Shown here piece after piece: positions 9,167 to 19,083 of a DNA stretch of 64,000 nucleotides (positions are counted from its first letter, which is position 1; each line of letters begins with the position of its first letter). The notes below the pieces were generated by a model that was given only the letters and a program-made list of their open reading frames with translations, did no database searches and was not told the DNA's origin. The stretch is taken from assembly GCA_963729625.1 (NCBI GenBank), contig CAVSOU010000007.1, forward strand, positions 320,001 through 384,000, read 5' to 3'. The stretch comes from an uncultured bacterium. GTDB lineage: Bacteria; Chloroflexota; UBA5177; JANWHV01. The translations under genes and the position numbers were made by a program.

Positions 9167-9354
9167 AGGGTGCAGGTCCACCCTTCCGAAAGTACTTTGG
9201 AGTGTGGGAGTACTGGGTGATTCCATGCAACGCGTAGGTCGAGTAACGTAGGTAGTAGAACGATGGCACGGCCGCGTCTTCGCACGTTTCGGCGAGCCGA
9301 ACATGAGGTATTGTGGTCGATTCAGGTTCAGGGTAGACTCGCGGGGGGCACACC

Positions 9355-9960
9355 ATGAAGCAGATCTCGGTATTGCTGGCGTTCTCCTCGCCTGCGCTTC
9401 ACGCGAGGATCCGATCGGAAGTGCTACTGCAGCCTGAGCTGGCCCTCCTGTACGATGCGAAAACCCCGGGAGAGGCTGTCGCCCAGACTGCGCACCACCA
9501 GCCCCAGGTCGTCTTGTGCGATCGCGGCATGCTTGCCGATGGCCAGATGAACGCGATCGCGCAACAGGCACGTGTCGTCTCGCTTCTTATTCTCGTGACC
9601 ATGGGTGTGGAAAGTGCTCCGGTGCGGGTACCTGTTCCGGTCGCAGGGGTCATCCCGTCGAATCATCAACCCGGTTCCCTGGCAGAGAAGCTCCAGGCAA
9701 TCATGGACGCGCCATCGTCGTTCATCGAACCGTCTGTTCGCCTATCCAAGCACCTTGCACCGCCATCCGAGCGCATCAAGCTTGAGCCAATGAGTTACGA
9801 TCCCGGTCGAATCCCCAGTCTGCCGCGCTCGGGCCGGCTTACGTGGCTCAGCGACCAGCAGCGTGCTTCGTCGCCTCCAGGGCCGACAGATGCTCAGGAG
9901 CTTGCGAAGAAGCCGTTCATGAAGTCCATCTTCGATCCGCCGACCGGCTCCCAAGATTAG
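9355..9960 (+). CDS. Atypical receiver-domain protein with Pro/Ser-rich tail
   Basis: GEAVAQTAHHQPQVVLCD resembles receiver alpha2-beta3; acidic pocket and conserved Lys are absent. Confidence 0.65.
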   Translation: MKQISVLLAFSSPALHARIRSEVLLQPELALLYDAKTPGEAVAQTAHHQPQVVLCDRGMLADGQMNAIAQQARVVSLLILVTMGVESAPVRVPVPVAGVIPSNHQPGSLAEKLQAIMDAPSSFIEPSVRLSKHLAPPSERIKLEPMSYDPGRIPSLPRSGRLTWLSDQQRASSPPGPTDAQELAKKPFMKSIFDPPTGSQD

Positions 9961-10135
9961 GGGAGTGCATCCTCAACCTCAACGCGGAACCAAGTCGCGC
10001 CCCACTGTGTGGCCGTCGATACGGCCGCTCCTGTATGTTGTCCCTTGAGGCACGTCGGCCGCGACTCACCTGTCGCAAGGCACCGCCACCAGGAGTTGGG
10101 AATACTTGCGCGGTCGCAGACCACGCTCGGGCGAA

Positions 10136-10699
10136 ATGGCAGCGTCTATGGTTCTGGGACACCCTGACAAGCCGGCCGAACCTGCAGCAAGTCGACCCAG
10201 CGAGATTCGGGTGGTGCGCAGCGAACGACGGCGACGCACGGCCACGGTTCGCGAGAAGGACGGTTACTACGAGGTATTGGCACCGGCGCACTGGCCGGAT
10301 GATGTCTTGCAGCCGATTATCGTCCGACTGGTTCGCCGCCTTGAGAGACGGCGAACGAAAGACGCGCTTGACGATAGTGCTCTGCAGCGACGGGCGGCAA
10401 CCCTGCATGAGCGTTACTTCGAGGGACGGCCTCGATTGAGCTCTATTATCTGGGTCTCCAACCAGGATCAGCGATGGGGAAGCTGCTCACCGCGCGAAGG
10501 CGCGGTCCGTGTGTCGCACCGTTTGGCCGGCTTCCCTTCGTGGGTGCTCGATTATGTCATCGTCCATGAATTGGCGCACCTCGTGGTCGCAGCGCACAAC
10601 AGACGCTTCTGGAACCTTGTCGCGAGGTATCCGCTCGCGGAGAGGGCACGGGGCTATCTCATAGCAAAGGCCAGCGAAAGCCTGGAAGACGAGATGTGA
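10136..10699 (+). CDS. YgjP/DUF45-like metal-dependent hydrolase (M48-like)
   Basis: VVRSERRRRT, RWGSCS, DYVIVHELAHL and HNRRFW motifs. Confidence 0.88.
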   Translation: MAASMVLGHPDKPAEPAASRPSEIRVVRSERRRRTATVREKDGYYEVLAPAHWPDDVLQPIIVRLVRRLERRRTKDALDDSALQRRAATLHERYFEGRPRLSSIIWVSNQDQRWGSCSPREGAVRVSHRLAGFPSWVLDYVIVHELAHLVVAAHNRRFWNLVARYPLAERARGYLIAKASESLEDEM

Positions 10700-10777
10700 A
10701 ACCCTGGAAGGAGCGGCCCGCCGCCTCACTTCGTCATGAGACAGCGGGCCATGGCCAGACCAGGCCAGCGCCGCCGG

Positions 10778-13435
10778 CTATCCTTCGCGGCTAAGGCGGA
10801 TGCGTGCGTCGATGGCGACGACACCACTTCCGGCCGCGCGAACGACCACCGGATTCAGATCCAACTCAACAATCTCGGGTACATCTTCCACTAGGTGCGA
10901 AATACGCAGAAGCAAGTCTCTGACAGCCGGTATGTCGGATGGCGGGGCGCCGCGGTAACCCTTGAGCAGCGTTGCGACCTTGCGGTGCGCAATCAGCTCG
11001 TCAGCGTCGACGTCCGTGAGCGGATGGATGCGGAACGACACGTCGCCGAGCACCTCGGCAGTGACTCCACCGGAGCCAAAGGCGATGAGCGGGCCGAAGA
11101 TCGGGTCGCGCACGACGCCGACCAGGCATTCTATGCCACCGGTCAGCATGGGTTGCACAAGCGCACCTTCCATCCCCTTTTCCAACCCGCGCTCGGCCAG
11201 AGCCGTGGCGATGGCGGCATACGCCTCTGATGCCGCCTCAGGCGACTCTATGTTCAGGCGCACGCCACCCACGTCGGACTTGTGGAGAATCGTGCTGGAG
11301 ACTAGCTTCACCACGACCGGCGCGCCGATCTCCCGGCAAGCGTCGGCCGCCTCCGCGGCTGATCGCACGATCTTGCCGGTTGGCAGCGAGATGCCATAGT
11401 TGGTGAGCAGCTTCTCGATCTCTACCGCCGTCAGCCAGGGCCGCTCTTCCCGCGACAGCGCTCCAGCGACGATGCTTTGCGCGACACCGCGGTCGATCTC
11501 GGCGTACTCCGGAATCGTGCCGGCAGGCCTGCGCAGCCAGGTCGCCCTGGCGGCGGCCTGGCCGAGCGCGCGGGCTGCGGACTCGGGGAATGGGTACGCA
11601 GGTATCATGGTCTTGCTCTTGCTCAGCGCCTCGGGTACCGGGCAACCGACGAAACAGGCCAGGACCGGCTTGTCCGGCTGCGGATCGCAGACCTTCACGA
11701 GCTCTGCCGCGATATCTTCCGGGCTCGTGACCATCACCGGAATGTAGAGCGCGATCACCGAGTCGATTCCAGGGTCGTCCAGCAGCGTCTTGACTACCGC
11801 GGCGTATGTAGGAGCGGGAATGGACGCGATCATATCAATTGGATTGTTGACCGACGCCTCCGGAGGCAGCATGGAACGAAGCGTCGCCTTCGTTTCGTCG
11901 CGCAGCTGCGGGACTTCAAGTCCATTTGCTTCGCAAGCGTCGGCGCAGAGGATGCCCAGACCACCGGCGTTCGTCAGAACCGCGACACGCTTGCCCTTCG
12001 GGAGCGGCTGGTTCGCGAACAGCGTCGAGATCTCGAACAACTCCTCGAGCGTCTCGGCGCGAATGACGCCGGCCTGCTTGAACAACGCGTCGACCGCGAC
12101 GTCCGATCCAGCGAGAGCGGCTGTGTGGGAGGCGGCGGCGCGGCGTCCAGAGGTGGTGCGTCCACCCTTCACGGCCAAAATCGGTTTGCGCGCGCCAACA
12201 CGTCGAGCGATGCGGGCGAATCGGCGCGGATTACCGAACGACTCGAGGTAGAGCACGATCACCTTGGTCGCCGGATCCTCCTCCCAGTATTCGATCAAGT
12301 CATTGGAAGACAGGTCAGCCTTGTTGCCGATCGAGACAAACGTTGAGACTCCCAGGCCCAGCGAGCGTGCAGTCTGCAGGATCGCGATACCGAGAGCGCC
12401 GGATTGCGATGAGATCGCGATGGAGCCACTGGGCGGCAACGTGGGGGTAAAGGTCGCGTTGATCGCCCCATGCTCGCTGCTGACCAGAACGCCAAGGCAG
12501 TTTGGTCCCACCATGCGAGCTCCGTACGTGCGGCAAAGATACAGCAATTCGTCTTGGTGCGCACGCCCTTCGGCGCCAACCTCGGCGAACCCTGCTGAAA
12601 TCACTACGAGAGCCTTCACGCCTGCTTCGAGACAATCGCGCGCTGCGTCGAGGACTCGGGATGAGGGCACGACGATAATCGCCAGATCCACAGTGTCCGT
12701 AATCGACTTGACGTTCGGAAACGCCTTGACTGAAGAGACGGAAGTGGCCAACGGGTTGACTGGATACACAGCGCCTTCATAACCGCCCTGGAGCAGGTTG
12801 CTGAACACGGCCTGGCCAATCGATCCTGGCCGTCGGGAAGCGCCGACAACCGCGATCGCCCGCGGGTGGAAGAGTGGATCGAGGGACTTGACGGCTGCCA
12901 CGTGCCTGCGTTCATCTGCGCGAGCATAATACCCTTGGTCCGTGTGCAGATCGACTTCTACCTGCACGGTGCCTTGCTCGTATACGCGCTTCTGCTTGAA
13001 GCCCAGGTCACCTAGCAAGGTGAGCATCTCGCTGTTTTGGGCGCTCACCTCGGCAATAATCCGGGTGATGCCCGCGTGGCGCGCGTCGTTCGAAAGATAC
13101 TCGAACATCACCGTACCAATACCGTTGCCCTGCTCGGGATCGTCGACTACAATCGCCATTTCAGCCGCGGTCGGGTCGACGAGGCGGTTGAACGATGCAA
13201 CTGCAATCACGCGGTTCTCGCGTTCGGCGACCAGAGCGTGCCCTGCGACGACGCTCTGAACTAGATCGTCACTGATGCGAACGCCGGCGGAGTGAAATCG
13301 TTGAGCTCGGCTCTCTGGGGACATACGATTGAGCAGGGCGGCGACGGCAGCATTGTCAGCCGGCAGGAACTCGCGAATCAGCGCCTGACTCCCGTCGCGG
13401 AGCAGGGCGAATTCGCCGGCGGGCATGGTTATCAT
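10778..13435 (-). CDS. GNAT N-acetyltransferase fused to ADP-forming acyl-CoA synthetase (Pat-like)
   Basis: N-terminal GNAT (RFHS, QGNGIG), CoA-binding IAVVGAS, GPNCLG, SQSG, ASHT, and C-terminal ATP-grasp HKSDVGGV and ELDLNP. Confidence 0.92.
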   Translation of the reverse strand: MITMPAGEFALLRDGSQALIREFLPADNAAVAALLNRMSPESRAQRFHSAGVRISDDLVQSVVAGHALVAERENRVIAVASFNRLVDPTAAEMAIVVDDPEQGNGIGTVMFEYLSNDARHAGITRIIAEVSAQNSEMLTLLGDLGFKQKRVYEQGTVQVEVDLHTDQGYYARADERRHVAAVKSLDPLFHPRAIAVVGASRRPGSIGQAVFSNLLQGGYEGAVYPVNPLATSVSSVKAFPNVKSITDTVDLAIIVVPSSRVLDAARDCLEAGVKALVVISAGFAEVGAEGRAHQDELLYLCRTYGARMVGPNCLGVLVSSEHGAINATFTPTLPPSGSIAISSQSGALGIAILQTARSLGLGVSTFVSIGNKADLSSNDLIEYWEEDPATKVIVLYLESFGNPRRFARIARRVGARKPILAVKGGRTTSGRRAAASHTAALAGSDVAVDALFKQAGVIRAETLEELFEISTLFANQPLPKGKRVAVLTNAGGLGILCADACEANGLEVPQLRDETKATLRSMLPPEASVNNPIDMIASIPAPTYAAVVKTLLDDPGIDSVIALYIPVMVTSPEDIAAELVKVCDPQPDKPVLACFVGCPVPEALSKSKTMIPAYPFPESAARALGQAAARATWLRRPAGTIPEYAEIDRGVAQSIVAGALSREERPWLTAVEIEKLLTNYGISLPTGKIVRSAAEAADACREIGAPVVVKLVSSTILHKSDVGGVRLNIESPEAASEAYAAIATALAERGLEKGMEGALVQPMLTGGIECLVGVVRDPIFGPLIAFGSGGVTAEVLGDVSFRIHPLTDVDADELIAHRKVATLLKGYRGAPPSDIPAVRDLLLRISHLVEDVPEIVELDLNPVVVRAAGSGVVAIDARIRLSREG

Positions 13436-13643
13436 GGTTGAACTTACCTCCTGGTATCAGACTACGGTACGGGTCGCACGCCGGGGGAGAGTCATCTCAC
13501 CCATGGGGCCTCACCAAACGGCCCAGATCGGGCGGGACTAGCCGGCCATGAAAAGAGCTTCAACCGCATAGAGGTCATGCATGCACGCACCACGTGAGAA
13601 GTGTGGCGCCTGGCCCGGCCCGGATCGCATCGCAACTGGGTCC

Positions 13644-14888
13644 TCAGGGCAGATAGGACCTACCCGTGCGCAGCTTCCAGAGCACATAGTGATTCAGCCA
13701 GCTCTTCAGCCAATGAGCAAAGCGACCGCGAAGGTGGAACGCGAAACGGCGCAGATGCGCGCGCCCAACGCCAACAAGCAAGAGTCCGAAATCGCCCCCG
13801 TCAACCAAGCGCATGTCCATCAGGCGAGGCACTTCAGGCGTCCGAGGCTCGCGTCGATTGAACGCTGCCACGATACTTCGGGCTGCCGCTTTCGCCATTA
13901 ACGTGGCGACGTAGCCCGTCTTTGGCACAGCCGCCTGCGCCGAACTGGAAGATTCGAGATCCGCGGCCATGCCCGCGGCGAAGATCTCAGGATACCCGCG
14001 GTGGCGGTAGCGTTCATCGACCGGCACGTACCCACGATCATCGGCAAGCCCGGATGTCTTCCAAATACCGGCAGTCCCGCGGAACCCAGGAACGATCACG
14101 GTCAAGCGTGACGGATAGCGCGTTCCGCCTTGCAGTTCCACATAGTCACCGCCCACCCGAGCTATCTCGGCACCGGCATGCACGCCGATGCGTCTGGCAC
14201 GAAAGGCGGCTTCGAGTATCTCTCGCGCGCGTGCCGTTCCAGCGTCCAACTCACCGAGATACGGTTCGGGTGTGACGAAGAGCAGCGTTGCTCGTTCACG
14301 GCTGCCGCGCTTCCGGAGCGCACAATCGAGCTGCAAAACGAACTCATATGCTGGGCTCAGATAGCTGGCCCCTGGGGCCAGGCCTACGACGGCGGGGCCC
14401 GGATCGCCAAGATATCGCTCGACTGCTTCCGACATTTCCAGCGCGCCGACCTCCGTGTGGAGGAGGTGCGCGGCACTGAACTCCCCGCCAAGCCCGGGTA
14501 CGGTCGTGTCGATATCTGGGCCAGTGGCAATCAGCAGGAAGTCATACGGCACTTCATCACCCTGCGCGATCACAACCTGCCGAACCGGATCGACAAGGTC
14601 GACACGACCGACCCTGAAACCGATGCCCTTCCGCGTAAGCGTGGGACCGATGGTGAAACCGATTTCGTCAGGCCGCCTGCTGAATGGAACCGAAAGCAGA
14701 CCCATAGGCAGCACGAACTGCCCGCGGTCGGAAAGCACCAGTACGTCCGCTCGTCGGCCGAGATGCCTTCGAAGCTCATGCGCCGCCGTAAGGCCTACAA
14801 CACCTCCGCCGATGACGACGATGCGACGAGGCGCGCTGTCACCGGATCCCATAGCCGCATCCGCCGTATTCGTCGTACCGTTCCCCAC
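13644..14888 (-). CDS. Sulfide:quinone oxidoreductase-family flavoprotein lacking catalytic cysteines
   Basis: GGGVVG, YDFLLIATG, GASYLSPAYEF, VTPEPYLG and PKTGY motifs. Confidence 0.8.
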   Translation of the reverse strand: MGNGTTNTADAAMGSGDSAPRRIVVIGGGVVGLTAAHELRRHLGRRADVLVLSDRGQFVLPMGLLSVPFSRRPDEIGFTIGPTLTRKGIGFRVGRVDLVDPVRQVVIAQGDEVPYDFLLIATGPDIDTTVPGLGGEFSAAHLLHTEVGALEMSEAVERYLGDPGPAVVGLAPGASYLSPAYEFVLQLDCALRKRGSRERATLLFVTPEPYLGELDAGTARAREILEAAFRARRIGVHAGAEIARVGGDYVELQGGTRYPSRLTVIVPGFRGTAGIWKTSGLADDRGYVPVDERYRHRGYPEIFAAGMAADLESSSSAQAAVPKTGYVATLMAKAAARSIVAAFNRREPRTPEVPRLMDMRLVDGGDFGLLLVGVGRAHLRRFAFHLRGRFAHWLKSWLNHYVLWKLRTGRSYLP

Positions 14889-14965
14889 TGCCTGTTGCCT
14901 GCATCACGTACAGGGCACCCAAAGCGCGCTGAGTCGCCGCGCACGAGTTGTAGTCAGCCTCGGAT

Positions 14966-15619
14966 TCACTCGTGACCAAGGGCGCGTTGCTCCGCCAGGA
15001 ACGCAGCCGCCTGAGCACGCCGCTCCATACCCAGCTTGCTGAGAATGGTGCTCACGTAGTTCTTCACCGTCTTCTCGGACAAGTAGACGATAGTGGCGAT
15101 CTCACGATTCGTTTTCCCCTCCGCGATCAAGCCAAGAATGCGCCTCTCTTGTTCGGAGAGCTCAGACAGCTTGTCCTTGTGTCCACCACTTGCCATCTCG
15201 CGCATCCTCGTGAGCACCTTACCCATCACGCTCGGGTCTAGAAGAGATTCACCGCGCGCGACTGCCTCGATGGCACTTACAAGCTCGCGCCCTCGCGTCT
15301 GCTTGAGCAGATAGCCGGCCGCACCCGCGATGATCGCGGCGTAGACGGCCTCGTCGTCTGCGTAGCTCGTGAGCATGAGGACCTGGATCTCGGGATGGTC
15401 GGCCCGAATTTCCCTGCATGCCTCGATGCCCGTCCCGTCCGGCAAGCGCACGTCCATGACGATAACGTTTGGCAGTTCGCGCCCCGCTGCCTCGACGGCC
15501 TCCGCGACCGTCGCTGCCTCGGCAACCACGCGAATGTTCTCTCTCCGCTCCAGCAGCGACTTCAACCCTTGCCGCACGACCTCGTGATCGTCGACAAGCA
15601 TCACACGGATGTCAGCCAC
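14966..15619 (-). CDS. NarL/LuxR response regulator, DosR/DevR-like
   Basis: VMLVDDHEVVRQGL, DVRLPDG, MLTSYADDEA and LSEKTVKNYVS. GTG start after GGAGG overlaps the kinase stop. Confidence 0.92.
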   Translation of the reverse strand: MADIRVMLVDDHEVVRQGLKSLLERRENIRVVAEAATVAEAVEAAGRELPNVIVMDVRLPDGTGIEACREIRADHPEIQVLMLTSYADDEAVYAAIIAGAAGYLLKQTRGRELVSAIEAVARGESLLDPSVMGKVLTRMREMASGGHKDKLSELSEQERRILGLIAEGKTNREIATIVYLSEKTVKNYVSTILSKLGMERRAQAAAFLAEQRALGHE

Positions 15620-17027
15620 GGCCCTCCTCCAGTCCACCCACGGCCACGGGCACGCGTGCGCTTACCGTGGCGCCTCCGCCCGGCTCTGACTGGATCGTCA
15701 GGCAACCGCCAAGAGCGAGCGCGCGGTCGCTCATGTTGCGTAACCCCTGATGCTCAGGGGCATGCGCTGCGTTTGTGTCGAAGCCTGCACCGTTGTCCGT
15801 GATCTTCAGCTCAACGAATCCAGCCGCTCCTTGTAGTGTAATCCAGATGCACCCAGCGCGCGCGTGGCGCACAACGTTTGTCACTGCCTCGCGCGCGATC
15901 TGGAGCAGCTCATCCGCTGCTGCCTGGGGAAGACGGGCCATGGCCGGTCCACGAACGTCGAGCTCAGTCTCGAGCAGAGAATGAGCGTGCGTCCGTGCAA
16001 GCAGCGCAGCTAATGCCTCCGGAAGTGAATCGGCGTCATCCTCCGCCTTGAGGCCGAGCACATAGCTGCGCAACTCCTTGATGACCTGTTCGAGCCGCTC
16101 AATCGCGCCGGAAATGCGCGCTCGAGCATCGCCTGGTTTCGCCTCCAGATCGTCGTGCGCACATTCCAGCTCAAGGTTGACACCGAAGATCGCCTGGATC
16201 ACGCTGTCGTGCAAGTCCATGCGAATGCGTTCGCGTTCTGACGCCACCGCCAGCATACGGATACGCTCGGACATGCGCGCGTGCTCGATTACCACGGCCG
16301 CATAGCTTGCCAGCATGCTCAGCAGGCCCTCATCGTCTTCCGCGAACTCCGCCGCCCCAACTTTGTCTGCAAGATAGAGGTTGCCGACAATGTTGCCACC
16401 CTGAGAAACCGGCACGCCCAGCAACGTGCGCATTTCCGGATGGCCGGCGGGGAAACCGGAACGTCGCGGGTCAGTCGACAAATCGGCGATTCGGACCGGC
16501 GCACCTTGATGCAGCATGACGCCCAGGACACCATGGCCCGACGGGGGAGCCCCTATGCTTGTCCGATCCTCCCGAGAGATGCCGGAGGTGTAGAAGGCGT
16601 CGATCTCGCTGCCGATGCCCACTACCCCAAGCGCGGCGTACTTGGCGCCAATAAGGTCGCGTGCCAGATCGACCAGACGCTGCAATGTCTCATCCGTGTT
16701 TCGGGCAGCAGCGATTGCCAGCGAGGCCTGATGCAGTGCCTCCATCTGCGCGCGCAGCCGTCGCTCGGTGGCAAGACGCTGCTCGAGCTCAGCATACTGG
16801 CTCGCCAGATTTCGATCCTGACGGGCGATGATCCGGAACATGCCGGTCGAAAAACTCACCACGCCTACAGCGGTCACCCCGATCGCGAGAGCGCCCGTGG
16901 CGTAGCTTGGCCAATCCGAAAGCAGCCTGGTGATGAAGAGGTAGAAAAGACAAAGCAAGATGAGCGGCACGACAATGCTGAACAAGCGCAGACCTCTGCG
17001 CCGACTGCGCAATTCATTCCCATGCAT
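15612..17027 (-). CDS. Membrane-anchored GAF sensor histidine kinase (HisKA_3), DosS-like
   Basis: Two N-terminal TM segments, GFPAGHPEMRTLLGVP, ERERIRMDLHD, EAVTNVVRH and DNGAGF. Confidence 0.9.
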   Translation of the reverse strand: MHGNELRSRRRGLRLFSIVVPLILLCLFYLFITRLLSDWPSYATGALAIGVTAVGVVSFSTGMFRIIARQDRNLASQYAELEQRLATERRLRAQMEALHQASLAIAAARNTDETLQRLVDLARDLIGAKYAALGVVGIGSEIDAFYTSGISREDRTSIGAPPSGHGVLGVMLHQGAPVRIADLSTDPRRSGFPAGHPEMRTLLGVPVSQGGNIVGNLYLADKVGAAEFAEDDEGLLSMLASYAAVVIEHARMSERIRMLAVASERERIRMDLHDSVIQAIFGVNLELECAHDDLEAKPGDARARISGAIERLEQVIKELRSYVLGLKAEDDADSLPEALAALLARTHAHSLLETELDVRGPAMARLPQAAADELLQIAREAVTNVVRHARAGCIWITLQGAAGFVELKITDNGAGFDTNAAHAPEHQGLRNMSDRALALGGCLTIQSEPGGGATVSARVPVAVGGLEEGRG

Positions 17028-17249
17028 TGCAGCGTAGTGCCCTCGTTGCCGCACACCCACCAACTCGTGATCTTACGCTAGCAACGAGTGAGCGTAATGC
17101 CGTAGGGCCATGGGTCATAACATATGCGGCACTTTGGCCCTGACAGACATACGAGACGCCGGGAAACGGCAATGCCCTGACGTTTCGGCATCACTCAGGC
17201 GCAGTTGGTGCTGCACCGGGGTCCCCTGAATGCAAGGTTCGGGCGAACG

Positions 17250-18893
17250 CTACTCACCGAACGGCACAAACGCCGTGACGGTCGTACCGGCGTCGATCTT
17301 GCTCTGTAACGAAAGCGTTCCGCCTACCTCGTCGGTGCGCACCCGCATATTGCGGATGCCACGGTGCTCGTAGCCCCGAGCGGCCCTTGGATCGAAGCCT
17401 CGGCCGTCGTCCTGCACCACGAGCGTCGCGCCCGCTCCCTCATAGGTCAAGCGGACTTCGACGGTCGACGCGGCCGCGTACTTCACTACATTGGAGAGCG
17501 CCTCACGTGCTATCAGCATCAGGGTGTTGGCCTGGTCGTCGGGAAACTCATATGGCTGCCCTTCCAGGATGAAGCGCGCTCGAAGACCGCATTGTCCATC
17601 GCTGTCGCGAGTGATAGCCGAGATACCGTCGGCCAAGAGGTGGCCGTCGAGAGGGCGCGCGCGGAGGCCCTGAATGTAGGTCCGAATATCGGTAATCGTG
17701 CCTGAAAGCCTGTCCGTCACTCCAGTCAACCGATCGCGAAGCGGTTGCACCTCAACGTCCTCGGAAATGTCTTCGAGTTGCAGAGTTGCCGCGTAGATGT
17801 CCTGAATGATACCGTCATGCAGATCTCGACCGATACGCTCTCGCTCGTGCAGCAATGTCAGCTCACCCAGCTGTGTGTACAGCCGCGCGTTTTCTATCGC
17901 GATACCCGCGTGAGCTGCCAGCAGCTCGATCTGCCGTTGATCCTCTTCCAGGAATTCTGGGCCGCCGATCTTGTCGGTCAAGTAGAGATCGCCGACGACC
18001 TGGCCGTGTACGCGGATCGGGACACCCAACAAGCTTGTCATGTTTGGGTGTTGCGGTGGAAAGCCCACGCGACGGGGATCCTTGCTAATGTTGGCAACGC
18101 GTAATGAACGGCCGAGGCGAATCAGCACGCCCAGAAGTCCGTGGCCGCGGGGAACGCTGCCGATCTTCTCGCGTTCATCCTGCGTTATGCCGGTGGTGAT
18201 GAACTCGCTCAGGTAGCCGTCAGACCCGACGACTCCCAGGGCTCCATACTGCGCACCCGCAATACTGGCGGCAGCCGACACGATGCGCTGCAAAACCTGA
18301 TCGAGTGAGAGTTCCGAGGCCAGGCCCTTGCTGGCGTCGTCGAGCGCGAGCATGCGCTCACGCATAGCCTTGTCCTGTTGATGCACGAGCGCATTCGCCA
18401 GCCCCTGACCGGCGAGCTTGCCGAGCGCGCGAAGTGACTCGGTCTCCGAGGAAGATGGTCGATTCGCATAAAGCAGCACCAACGCCGCGACCAGCATGTC
18501 GTCGCCGTAGAGCGCGAGGACGCGAATCGTGCCTGGACGTCGCTTTCCTCTTAGCAACGGCGGGTCCAGGTCGGGATTCGAACCAGTATCAAATTCCAGG
18601 AGATCCGCAGTCTCCGCAGCCCTCTTCGCTACTGCTTGAATGCTCTCGTAGCCTTGGCGCTGCAGCCATCGCTCGTCGAGATCTCCGCTTGTGCCGGCGC
18701 CCGCTGGCAAAAAGTCACCTGCGTCGCGCTCGTACAGGAGGACCAGAGAGGCGTCTGCACCGCCAATCACCATCGCATGGGATGCAAGCCGGCCAACGAG
18801 GGTTGTTACATCGCGTGTCGCACACAGATCCTCCGCGATGTGCCACGCGTGAAACGTCATGCCAGCCCGGCTGTCAATATCTTGTGTCCGCAC
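17250..18893 (-). CDS. Cytoplasmic dual-GAF sensor histidine kinase (HisKA_3), DosS/DosT-like
   Basis: GFPPQHPNMTSLLGVP, ERERIGRDLHD, EALSNVVKY and DDGRGF; start uncertain. Confidence 0.9.
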   Translation of the reverse strand: MRTQDIDSRAGMTFHAWHIAEDLCATRDVTTLVGRLASHAMVIGGADASLVLLYERDAGDFLPAGAGTSGDLDERWLQRQGYESIQAVAKRAAETADLLEFDTGSNPDLDPPLLRGKRRPGTIRVLALYGDDMLVAALVLLYANRPSSSETESLRALGKLAGQGLANALVHQQDKAMRERMLALDDASKGLASELSLDQVLQRIVSAAASIAGAQYGALGVVGSDGYLSEFITTGITQDEREKIGSVPRGHGLLGVLIRLGRSLRVANISKDPRRVGFPPQHPNMTSLLGVPIRVHGQVVGDLYLTDKIGGPEFLEEDQRQIELLAAHAGIAIENARLYTQLGELTLLHERERIGRDLHDGIIQDIYAATLQLEDISEDVEVQPLRDRLTGVTDRLSGTITDIRTYIQGLRARPLDGHLLADGISAITRDSDGQCGLRARFILEGQPYEFPDDQANTLMLIAREALSNVVKYAAASTVEVRLTYEGAGATLVVQDDGRGFDPRAARGYEHRGIRNMRVRTDEVGGTLSLQSKIDAGTTVTAFVPFGE

Positions 18894-19083
18894 GTGCGTA
18901 TACGGCCCGCCTGCCCAACGATTGTCGCATCACTCCGGTGTCTCAAGCTAGCTGCCCGAGGGCAAGCGTAGAGCGAAGACCTCGACTTCAGCATACAGGG
19001 CCTTGGCGTGCCGATCAACGCTTGCCGTCCGGGTTGCCGGGGGCGTTGCGGATCCCGTTGCGCGCCTCCTGTAAGATGGAGTA

